Part shown: positions 1 to 7,676 of the stretch, in pieces
Position numbering within the stretch: the first letter of the stretch is position 1
Layout: each line of letters opens with the position of its first letter
Source of the DNA: an uncultured Acidimicrobiales bacterium
GTDB lineage: Bacteria > Actinomycetota > Acidimicrobiia > Acidimicrobiales > SZUA-35
Direction: 5' to 3'
Length of the DNA stretch: 62,866 nt
NCBI GenBank assembly: GCA_938009905.1
Contig: CALLGK010000284.1
Coordinates: 1 to 62,866 of the forward strand
Made by a program: the position numbers and the translations under genes
Notes under the pieces: model-generated
What the model saw: only the letters and a program-made list of their open reading frames with translations
Told to the model about the DNA's origin: nothing
Database searches by the model: none

Positions 1-739
1 CCTCATGGCGGCGAATCTTCGCGGGGATGTGCGCTCGCCCATACTCCGGCTGCTGCTGAATGACGATGTCGAGCAACTCGTCGTGCTGATCGGTCTCTTT
101 CCACGGCAGCGCGATGTAGAGCGGCAAGTCAAAGACCCGCAACTTTTCCAGGCCTGAGTAGACCTCTTTTTGGTAGTGGTAGCGCTGCTCCCACGGCCAG
201 TTCGATGGAGCAAAGCCGGTGCCGGGGTCGAGCAGACAGCGAGACCGCAATCCGTACGTGTCTGCCACCTTCAATCGGGCCTCGAAGAACTCGACCATGG
301 TGCCGAGCGGGTCACGCTCGACCATCTCCATCTCGCGCGGGTTCGGACCAGAGAGAAACGGCAACACGATCGGCACGTCGTACTCGGCGGCGATCTGCCA
401 GGTGGCATCCAGCTGCATGCCATCCGCGGCATTGATCACGGTCGCGCCAGCATCGAGAGACCGACGGACAACCTCTGGTCGCCACGAGTCGATCGACACA
501 TCAACGCCGAGAGCCGCCAGCGCAGGAATGATCTCGGCGATGCGGTCCCACTCCTCTTCCCATGGCACCACGGTGGCCACATCGGTCGAACCCTGACCGC
601 CGAGGTCGATCGCATCAGCACCGTTCGCCAGTAGGTCGTTGGCTCGCTCCGTGGCGCTCTCGGCCGTCGTGGCGATCGAGAAATCGGCCATCGAATCCGG
701 GCTGGCGTTGATCACTCCGTAGATGAACACGGTGGTCAC
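1..739 (-). CDS. Dihydropteroate synthase-like (pterin-binding domain) protein, partial: N-terminus in window, C-terminus beyond the left edge
   Basis: Own translation of the minus strand from GTG 739-737 (AGGAG 4 nt upstream): VTTVFIYGVINASPDSMADF...GADAIDLGGQGST...SIDSWRPEV...VINAADG...LLDPGTGFAP. This matches the DHPS/pterin-binding layout (INxTPDSF, GADIIDIGGEST, SxDT, DPGxGF). It is absent from the ORF track because no stop is reached in the window. The + ORFs 170-634 are shadow frames. Confidence 0.55.
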   Translation of the reverse strand, partial: MTTVFIYGVINASPDSMADFSIATTAESATERANDLLANGADAIDLGGQGSTDVATVVPWEEEWDRIAEIIPALAALGVDVSIDSWRPEVVRRSLDAGATVINAADGMQLDATWQIAAEYDVPIVLPFLSGPNPREMEMVERDPLGTMVEFFEARLKVADTYGLRSRCLLDPGTGFAPSNWPWEQRYHYQKEVYSGLEKLRVFDLPLYIALPWKETDQHDELLDIVIQQQPEYGRAHIPAKIRRHE

Positions 740-763
740 GGTACTCCTGTGCCACCCTTCGAC

Positions 764-1516
764 ATGGCAAACATTTTGATCACCGGTGCAGGTTCAGGCT
801 TTGGGAAGGGAACGGCACTTGAGCTCGCCGGCCGAGGACACGCTGTCACGGCCGGAACGATCAGCGAAGACGAGGCGTCAACGCTCGCCGCGGCCCACCC
901 AGAGCTCACCACGATGAAGCTTGATGTCACAGACGCCGCCGACGTCGCCAAGGTGCAAGAACTGTCCCTTGACGTATTGGTGAACAACGCCGGCCGGGGT
1001 CTCATGGCTCCCCTCACCAACGTGCCAGTCGACGAAGTTCGCAAGACATTCGACGTCAACGTCTTTGGCATGTTGTCGATGTGCCAGGCCGTGATCCCCG
1101 GCATGAAGGCCCAGGGGTCGGGCCGCATCATCAACGTTTCGTCGATCGCCGGCGTGCTGTCGGGCGCCATGACGGCGCCGTACGCGATGACCAAACATGC
1201 CGTCGAGGCACTCACCGTGTCGCTACGGGAAGAGCTTGCGCCCTACGGCGTCGACGTCACCAAGATCAATCCCGGCCCGTATCTCACCGGATTCAACGAT
1301 GCCATGGTCGACGGCATCGAGCCCTACCTCGAGAGCGGTGACGAGCCGGCAGCAGCGGCGCATCAGTTCATGAAGGCCGTCATGGAGAACCAAGCCGACC
1401 CACAAGAGATCGTGACCGCCATCGCCGACCTGGCCGAAGCGGAAGAGACACCCCTCGAGACGTTCTTGCCTGAAGGCATCAAGCAGATGCTCGAAGAGGT
1501 CATCGCATCGCGCTAG
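764..1516 (+). CDS. Short-chain dehydrogenase/reductase (SDR) family oxidoreductase
   Basis: ORF 749-1516. Rossmann motif ILITGAGSGFGKG, NNAG, and catalytic S...YAMTKHA (YxxxK). ATG 764 (MANILITG) is preferred over GTG 749, which lies 10 nt from the divergent gene start. Confidence 0.8.
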   Translation: MANILITGAGSGFGKGTALELAGRGHAVTAGTISEDEASTLAAAHPELTTMKLDVTDAADVAKVQELSLDVLVNNAGRGLMAPLTNVPVDEVRKTFDVNVFGMLSMCQAVIPGMKAQGSGRIINVSSIAGVLSGAMTAPYAMTKHAVEALTVSLREELAPYGVDVTKINPGPYLTGFNDAMVDGIEPYLESGDEPAAAAHQFMKAVMENQADPQEIVTAIADLAEAEETPLETFLPEGIKQMLEEVIASR

Positions 1517-1587
1517 CGCTCGACGAGTCCCGGCACTGCCTAGGCCCGGCACCGATGTGGACTTTGTCCGGACTATCCTCGACAGCG

Positions 1588-2082
1588 ATGCGCCCGGCAC
1601 TATCTCTCAAAGCGTTTGCTCTTGCGTTTGCGCTCGTGATTGCCGCGTGCGGCGGCACCACCACCGAGCAAGCCGCCGGCCCAAACATGGCCGACCTGTC
1701 CGGCGCGTTTGAGACCATGGACGGTGGTCAGCTCGAGTTTGGCTCGCTGGAAGGCCAAGACGTTGTGCTGTGGTTCTGGGCCCCCTGGTGACCCGTTTGA
1801 AACGCTGAATCCCCCACGGTCGTGGAGGCACAACAAACCTATGGTGACGACGTCACCTTCATCGGCGTTCCAAGCCTCGACGGTGTCGAGGCCATGGAGT
1901 CGTTCGTGAGCCGCAACAGCCTGCAAGGGCTGACGCACATTCCAGACGTCGACGGCGAGCTTTGGACCCGCTTCGGTGTGAGCGAGCACCGCACGTACGT
2001 GCTGATCAACGATGACGGCACATGGAGTCGCACCGGCTACGGCTCACTCGACGCCGACGTTGCCAACCTCATCGCCAGCTAA
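1588..2082 (+). CDS. TlpA/ResA-like thiol:disulfide oxidoreductase lipoprotein with two in-frame TGA codons at the CxxC positions (putative UxxU selenoprotein)
   Basis: ORFs 1555-1791 and 1822-2082 share one frame. They are separated only by TGA(1789-1791) CCC GTT TGA(1798-1800) plus 7 sense codons. Joined product: MRPALSLKAFALAFALVIAAC (lipobox)...GQDVVLWFWAPW-[TGA]-PV-[TGA]-NAESPTVVEAQQTYGDDVTFIGVPSLD...HRTYVLINDDG. This is the canonical redoxin WxxWCxxCxxExP layout followed by a full thioredoxin-fold C-terminal half. Confidence 0.7.
1812..1828 (+). promoter_or_regulatory. Candidate SECIS-like hairpin downstream of the two TGA codons
   Basis: CC-CCAC-[GGUC]-GUGG-(A)-GG gives 6 bp with one bulged A and an apical GGUC loop. 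The loop G/U lie about 29 nt after the first TGA and about 20 nt after the second. The stem is short, so this is only a candidate. Confidence 0.3.
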
Positions 2083-2171
2083 CCGCCGCCTCGGCCTCAC
2101 ACCCCGAAAAGATGTACTGGTTCCAGGCGGACATACGCGACTCTCGGTCGCTCATGGCCTAGACAACTGCC

Positions 2172-3317
2172 ATGGTTTATCGCAGTGTCTTTCGCCGACT
2201 GCTCGCCCTCGTAACCGTCAGCTTGATGATGGGGTTCGTCACCGTTCCCTCTGCCGAGGCAGCAGAACCAACGTCGTTCCAAGAACTCATCCAGGACCCG
2301 ACGCTGCACCGCGGTCACAGCGAAGTGCTGCGCCTCTACTTCGCCGTGCTCGGCCGCACGCCCGAGGTTGAAGGCGCCCAGTTCTGGCTCAATGCGTACG
2401 ACTCTGGCGACTGGTCGACCAGGCGAATCGCCAGCTTCTTCGCCGAGTCTGCCGAGTTCGAAGCGACCTACGGAGCGTCACTGTCAAACGCTGACTTCGT
2501 GCGGGTGGTCTACGAAAACGTTCTGAACCGAGCCGCTGACCAGGAAGGGTTCGATTTCTGGGTAGCCCAGGTCGACGCTGGCATGTCGCGCGGCGAGATG
2601 GTGCTCCTCGTCTCAAATGCACCTGAGTTCATCAACCGGGTTCCGCTTCCAGGAGACACCAGAGCGAGCACCGGTCCGGTGAAACGCACCACCCCAATCG
2701 TGATCTCGTTCTTTGATTCGGTGAGCCGCTACAACAACGCATCACCAAACAAGGCGCTCGCGGCTCCCAACTCTCCGGCGTATCACTTTGCGAGCTACTT
2801 CGAGGTGGCCGATCGATTTGCCCGCGACAACGGGTTCTTCATCGTCACTACCAGTTCCCGCACCATCACAAACACCACGATCGAATACGACAACGACTTG
2901 TTGTTCGACAACATTCGCCTCGAGCAAGGCAAGGTGGCCGACTTCACCTTCGATGGCCAGTACATGAGCGACTCGGTCGGCACCGGCGGCGCCTCGGTGA
3001 CAACCGGTGCACTCACGCTGTCACGCGTCGCGGGGTTTTCGGATGATGCGGATATGGCGGTTACGTACTGGATCACCAACAACGGAACGACATCGGTCAC
3101 GGTGCTTGCAGACAGCGCCCAGTGGACGATTCCCAGCGGCGGCGCCTTCTTCCCGTTCACGGCGACCGGCGAGACCACACTCGCGCCCGGTGCAACGATG
3201 TCGTTCGTCGCCGCCTACGACGGGGTCAGCGACGGCCCCGGATTCCAGCCAGGCGAACTGTTCATCCCCGTCACCGGCAACACAGTCGGCAACGGACTAT
3301 CCATCACGGTGAGTTAG
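2172..3317 (+). CDS. Secreted DUF4214 domain-containing protein
   Basis: Signal peptide ending VTVPSAEA-AE. Two DUF4214-type repeats (LYFAVLGRTPEVEGAQFW..., VYENVLNRAADQEGFDFW...). The C-terminal ~200 aa has no motif I recognise. Confidence 0.7.
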   Translation: MVYRSVFRRLLALVTVSLMMGFVTVPSAEAAEPTSFQELIQDPTLHRGHSEVLRLYFAVLGRTPEVEGAQFWLNAYDSGDWSTRRIASFFAESAEFEATYGASLSNADFVRVVYENVLNRAADQEGFDFWVAQVDAGMSRGEMVLLVSNAPEFINRVPLPGDTRASTGPVKRTTPIVISFFDSVSRYNNASPNKALAAPNSPAYHFASYFEVADRFARDNGFFIVTTSSRTITNTTIEYDNDLLFDNIRLEQGKVADFTFDGQYMSDSVGTGGASVTTGALTLSRVAGFSDDADMAVTYWITNNGTTSVTVLADSAQWTIPSGGAFFPFTATGETTLAPGATMSFVAAYDGVSDGPGFQPGELFIPVTGNTVGNGLSITVS

Positions 3318-3379
3318 CACAACGCCGCCTTGAGCCACATGCCTTTGCGCGCCTGGCCGGTTCAGATGATGCTGGGGCG

Positions 3380-4141
3380 ATGGAACTCAGTGGTGTCAAA
3401 GCAATCCTCATCGGCGGAGCCTCAGGATTCGCCAAAGCAACGGCCGTTCGGATCGCAGCCGGGGGTGGCACGGTTGCCATCCTCGATAGAGAAGAGAGCG
3501 GGGGCGCAGACGTCGCCGCGGAACTCGGTGGGTCGTGGCATCCCTGCGACGTTCTCGACTTTGAAGGCATCGAGGTGGTCATCGATGAAGCTGTCGCAGC
3601 CATGGGCGGCCTTGACGTGGCGGTCAACACGGCAGGCGGCGGCAAGGCCGGGCGAACACTCGGCAAGTCTGGCCCCTTCTCGCTCGACGACTTCCGAGCG
3701 GTCGTTGATCTGAACCTCATCGGCACGTTCAACACCAACCGCCTCTGCGCAGCTCATATGGCGAAGAACGAGCCAAACGAAGAGGAAGAACGAGGCGTGT
3801 TGATCAATACCGCGTCGATCGCCGCGTTCGAGGGACAGGTCGGCCAGGTGGCCTACACCGCTTCGAAGGCTGGCGTTGCTGGTATGACGCTCACGATGGC
3901 TCGCGACCTCGGCATCGTTGGCATCCGGGTCAACACCATCGCCCCAAGCCTGTTTGCCACCGGCCTTACCGCTCGGGTCACCGACGACCAGGCTCACAAC
4001 CTCACCAAGGACAACGCCTTTCCGAAGCGGCTTGGCAAGCCAGACGAGTACGCCAAGCTAGCCATCGCGATCATCGAGAACCCGATGCTCAACGGCGACA
4101 CGATTCGGCTCGACGCGGGCCAACGGTTCGGGCCGAAGTAG
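3380..4141 (+). CDS. SDR family oxidoreductase, 3-hydroxyacyl-CoA dehydrogenase type-2-like
   Basis: ORF 3122-4141 overlaps the previous gene. ATG 3380 gives MELSGVKAILIGGASGFAKATA (Rossmann), NTAG, and S...YTASKAGVAGMT (YxxxK). Confidence 0.8.
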   Translation: MELSGVKAILIGGASGFAKATAVRIAAGGGTVAILDREESGGADVAAELGGSWHPCDVLDFEGIEVVIDEAVAAMGGLDVAVNTAGGGKAGRTLGKSGPFSLDDFRAVVDLNLIGTFNTNRLCAAHMAKNEPNEEEERGVLINTASIAAFEGQVGQVAYTASKAGVAGMTLTMARDLGIVGIRVNTIAPSLFATGLTARVTDDQAHNLTKDNAFPKRLGKPDEYAKLAIAIIENPMLNGDTIRLDAGQRFGPK

Positions 4142-4222
4142 TCGTCCTGAACCTCGACTTGCAGAACCTTCCGATAGTTCGGTCGGCGTGACGGCTGTCG
4201 GCCCACAACCTAGGGTCGGCTC

Positions 4223-5773
4223 ATGGGTTACCCAGGACTGCACGCGTCGAACCGTCCCGACCATCCCGCCATCATCATGGCCGGCTCGGGCGAGACCCTC
4301 ACCTATCGAGAGCTCGACGAACGATCCAACCAGGTTGCCCACCTTTTTCGAGCGCACGGCCTGACGGCTGGCGACCACGTCGCCATCTTCATGGAGAACC
4401 AGATCCGGTTCATGGAGGTGATTTGGGGCGCGTTCCGCAGCGGCCTCTACATCACCGCAGCCAACAGCTTTCTGGCGGCAGACGAAGTGGCGTACATCCT
4501 CGACAACTGCGACGCCGCGATCGTCGTGAGCTCGCGAGCCAAAGCCGAAACGGCAACGGCCATCGACCCGGCGACCACCCCAAACGTCAAGCGTTGGCTC
4601 ATGACAGACGGCATCGCGAGCTCGAACGGCGGTCCGGCCTGGGAATCCTACGAAGACGCGCTCGCCGAGTTCCCGACAACGCCGATCGACGACGAGCGCT
4701 CAGGGCAGCAAATGCTCTACTCGTCTGGCACGACCGGCCAACCCAAAGGCGTGATCCGCCCCCTGCCGGAAAACGCGCTCGACGAGTACGCGCCAACCGT
4801 GGCCGCTATCGGCCAGATCTACCAGTACGGGCCAGAGATGGTCTACCTCTCGCCAGCACCGATGTACCACGCGGCCCCACTCACGTTCTCCAGCATCGTG
4901 CACCGCTACGGCGGAACGCTCGTGATCATGGAGAAGTTCGACGCGGTCTCGTGCCTGGCCTCGATCGAGAAGTATCAGGTGACCCACGCGCAGTTCGTGC
5001 CCACGATGTTCATTCGGATGCTGAAGCTCGACGATGCCGATCGCCTCAAGCACGACATCTCGTCGATGACTGTCGCCTGGCACGCCGCTGCGCCCTGTCC
5101 TGTGCCGGTGAAGCATCAGATGATCGACTGGTGGGGCCCGATCATCCTTGAGTACTACGCCGGTTCGGAAGGCAACGGATCAACGATGATCACGAGCGAA
5201 GAGTGGCTCGAGCACCCCGGTTCGGTTGGCGTTCCGAGAGCGGGCCAGGTGCACATCGTCGATGACCAAGGCAACGATCTACCACGCGGCGAAACCGGCG
5301 GCATCTACTTCTCGGGCGGCGGCACGTACGAGTACTACAAGGCCCCAGAAAAGACAGCTGGTGCCGCGCTGCCCGGTGGCCGAACGACGCTGGGCGATAT
5401 CGGCTACCTCGATGACGACGGCTATCTGTATCTCACCGACCGCAAAGCGCACATGATCATCAGCGGCGGCGTCAACATCTATCCGCAAGAGATCGAAGAC
5501 GCCCTCATCACGCATCCGAAGGTGTCTGACGTTGCGGTGTTCGGAGTGCCAGACCCCGACATGGGCGAGCAAGTGAAAGCCGTGATCCAACCAGCCGATG
5601 GCGTCTCAACCGATGGGCTCGAAGCCGAGCTCATCGCCTTCACCCGCGACCGCATCGCTCACTTCAAGTGCCCGAAGTCGATCGACTTCGAAGACGAACT
5701 CCCACGTCTGCCAACCGGCAAGCTCTACAAGCGGCTCCTTCGCGACCGCTACTGGCCCGAGAAGGCGTCGTAG
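4223..5773 (+). CDS. Acyl-CoA synthetase / AMP-dependent ligase (FadD-like)
   Basis: AMP-binding motif YSSGTTGQPKGV, GYLDDDGYLYLTDRK, and C-terminal PRLPTGKLYKRLLR. Confidence 0.9.
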   Translation: MGYPGLHASNRPDHPAIIMAGSGETLTYRELDERSNQVAHLFRAHGLTAGDHVAIFMENQIRFMEVIWGAFRSGLYITAANSFLAADEVAYILDNCDAAIVVSSRAKAETATAIDPATTPNVKRWLMTDGIASSNGGPAWESYEDALAEFPTTPIDDERSGQQMLYSSGTTGQPKGVIRPLPENALDEYAPTVAAIGQIYQYGPEMVYLSPAPMYHAAPLTFSSIVHRYGGTLVIMEKFDAVSCLASIEKYQVTHAQFVPTMFIRMLKLDDADRLKHDISSMTVAWHAAAPCPVPVKHQMIDWWGPIILEYYAGSEGNGSTMITSEEWLEHPGSVGVPRAGQVHIVDDQGNDLPRGETGGIYFSGGGTYEYYKAPEKTAGAALPGGRTTLGDIGYLDDDGYLYLTDRKAHMIISGGVNIYPQEIEDALITHPKVSDVAVFGVPDPDMGEQVKAVIQPADGVSTDGLEAELIAFTRDRIAHFKCPKSIDFEDELPRLPTGKLYKRLLRDRYWPEKAS

Positions 5774-5781
5774 CGGTTCAG

Positions 5782-7152
5782 CTAGCGCTCAAGCGAATCG
5801 AGGAACTCCGCAAACGACGCGAGATCAGCGGCAAACCGATGTTGAGGCGATCGGCTGTATCCGACCACGATGCCATGCGACCGGGCCGGGCCGATCCAGT
5901 GCGGACCGAGCCCCAACAGACCAATCTCGTGTTCGGCTGCCCGACGACACATGTCGGATTCGGTCAGAAACTCGCGATCGAGGTAGCAGGTGAGGTGCAG
6001 GCCGGCCGCCGACCCCGTGGCCGTAAGCCACGGGCTGGCCGATGCCAACACATCAAGCAGCTCCACCTGGCGGCGCTCGTACAACGGGCGAACGTGGCGC
6101 AAGTGTCGGTCGACGTCACCGCGCTGGAGCACATCGGCGAGCGCGAGCTGGCCAAGCGTTGGTACCTCTGCTGCCGGAGAGAAGCGATCGAGATGGGGTT
6201 GCAGCGCTCGGGGCACCACCAGCCACGACGTTCGGAGGGCAGGGCTGAGCATCTTCGATGCGGTCCCCACGTAGACGACTCGTTCTGGAGCAAGCCCCTG
6301 CAACGAACCGATCGGTTGGCGGTCGTACCGAAACTCGCCGTCGTAGTCGTCTTCAATGATCCAGCCGTCGTAGTCACGAGCCCACGTGACGAGGTCGGTT
6401 CGACGGGCCGCAGACATCGTGACACCCAGCGGGTATTGGTGGGCCGGTGCAACGAGCACCGCATCGACGGCTGCTGCCTGCAACGCGTCAACGCTGAGTC
6501 CCTCGTCGTCAACCGGCACGGGAACAAGCTCAAGCCCCGCAGCCACCAATGGCATCCGAACGAGTGGAAAGCACGGGTCCTCGATGCCAACTCGTTGAAC
6601 GCCCGCATCAACCAGGGCCCGACCAAGTGGGATAAACGAGTTCACCGCACCGCTGAAGATCCGGACACCGTGCTCGTCGGCCGCCACAGACCGAGACCGG
6701 CCGAGGTATTCGGCGAGGGCGTTTCGCAATGCGGCCTCCCCTCGGGGATCGCCGTAGCTGAACACGTCGTCTGGGGCCTCTCGACCCACCCGCCGAACGG
6801 CTCGAAGCCACATCGAGCGTGGGAATAGCGAGCCGTCTGGTTGCCCCGGGAACAGGTCGATTGCCGGCCGGACGTGATGTGGTCGTGGGTCCTCGGCCTG
6901 GGGTTGCGCCACAACATCGGCTACGACGGTGCCTGAACCTCTCTTAGACGACAGGTATCCCTCGACCACCAACTGTTCGTAGGCCCCAACAACGGTGGCC
7001 CTAGCCATGTCGAGATCGGCGGCGAGGGCCCGGGTCGAGGGCAGCGCAGTTCCTGCTGGCAATCGGCCAGCTCGAATGGCGTCGCGAATCGCTCGTTCCA
7101 GCCCGACACGTCGACCGTCTGATTCATCAAAACCTAGAAGCAGATCCCGCAT
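5782..7152 (-). CDS. MocR-family regulator (GntR wHTH fused to a PLP aminotransferase-like domain)
   Basis: N-terminal wHTH LPSTRALAADLDMARATVVGAYEQLVVEGYL plus a class-I aminotransferase-like body (GTASKMLSPALRTSWLV). ATG 7152 (MRDLLLG) is preferred over TTG 7185, which sits inside the intergenic palindrome. Confidence 0.9.
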   Translation of the reverse strand: MRDLLLGFDESDGRRVGLERAIRDAIRAGRLPAGTALPSTRALAADLDMARATVVGAYEQLVVEGYLSSKRGSGTVVADVVAQPQAEDPRPHHVRPAIDLFPGQPDGSLFPRSMWLRAVRRVGREAPDDVFSYGDPRGEAALRNALAEYLGRSRSVAADEHGVRIFSGAVNSFIPLGRALVDAGVQRVGIEDPCFPLVRMPLVAAGLELVPVPVDDEGLSVDALQAAAVDAVLVAPAHQYPLGVTMSAARRTDLVTWARDYDGWIIEDDYDGEFRYDRQPIGSLQGLAPERVVYVGTASKMLSPALRTSWLVVPRALQPHLDRFSPAAEVPTLGQLALADVLQRGDVDRHLRHVRPLYERRQVELLDVLASASPWLTATGSAAGLHLTCYLDREFLTESDMCRRAAEHEIGLLGLGPHWIGPARSHGIVVGYSRSPQHRFAADLASFAEFLDSLER

Positions 7153-7153
7153 T

Positions 7154-7217
7154 GGTCTGAAATATACGTCAATAGTGGACTGCAACAGCAGTCCACTTGA
7201 CTTCTATTCTTCAGACC
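7154..7217. promoter_or_regulatory. Large imperfect palindrome in the divergent MocR promoter region (candidate operator)
   Basis: Perfect core AGTGGACTGC-AACA-GCAGTCCACT (7174-7197). Outer arms GGTCTGAA (7154-7161) and TTCAGACC (7210-7217). Locally AT-richer. It exactly fills the gap between start codons 7152 (-) and 7218 (+). Confidence 0.4.
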
Positions 7218-7676
7218 ATGACCGCACGACTTTGGACCAAAATTGCACTGGTGTACCTGGCGTTCCAGTCCGTTCAGCTTGGCCTGTGGGCGCTCCTCGC
7301 CCCCAAGTCGTTCTACGACGGATTTCCCGGATTTGGACGGGCCTGGATCTCGATCGACGGGCCGTACAACGAGCACATGGTCCGCGACTTTGGCGCACTG
7401 AACCTGGCGCTGTTCGTTGTGCTGGTCGGTGCCATCATCACCATGAGCCGCCAGATGATTACCACGGCTGCTATCGCCTCATTGGTCTGGGGCGTCCCGC
7501 ACGTGATCTACCACCTCGTCAACACCGACGGATACGAAGCGGGTGCCGATACGGCCCTCAGCGTTGGCGGTCTCATCTTCTTTGCGGTCGTGGCCAGCTC
7601 ACTTCTCTTTACGGCGGACCGCCTCGAGCACAACGAACTTGGGGGACGAGCCGACGACGTCGCAGTTGCCAAATAG
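7218..7676 (+). CDS. Hypothetical integral membrane protein
   Basis: ORF 7197-7676 (TTG), with ATG 7218 preferred. Four hydrophobic segments (IALVYLAFQSVQLGLWALL, LNLALFVVLVGAIITM, AAIASLVWGVPHVIY, LSVGGLIFFAVVASSLLF). No family recognised. Confidence 0.55.
   Translation: MTARLWTKIALVYLAFQSVQLGLWALLAPKSFYDGFPGFGRAWISIDGPYNEHMVRDFGALNLALFVVLVGAIITMSRQMITTAAIASLVWGVPHVIYHLVNTDGYEAGADTALSVGGLIFFAVVASSLLFTADRLEHNELGGRADDVAVAK

Noticed and set aside
170-634. Three overlapping + strand ORFs (154, 76 and 125 aa) at the left end.
   Set aside because: They have Arg/Ser/Pro-rich shadow-frame composition. The minus strand of the same region encodes a coherent DHPS-like protein.
1789-1800. Alternative readings of the two TGA codons in the redoxin gene: a global TGA reassignment (code 4 Trp or code 25 Gly), or a simple pseudogene.
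   Set aside because: TGA clearly terminates many well-formed genes here, including the ATGA/GTGA coupled stops, so a global reassignment does not fit. A pseudogene would need two independent nonsense hits exactly on both catalytic Cys codons with no other damage. That remains formally possible but is less parsimonious than Sec recoding.
5668-6828. 386-aa + strand ORF, and the many other long ORFs antisense to called genes (for example 736-1215, 14078-14788, 39758-40546, 45304-46371, 48944-50110 and 52209-53351).
   Set aside because: These are typical high-GC antisense ORFs with low-complexity R/A/P/G-rich translations and no motifs. Each fully overlaps a gene with clear family signatures.
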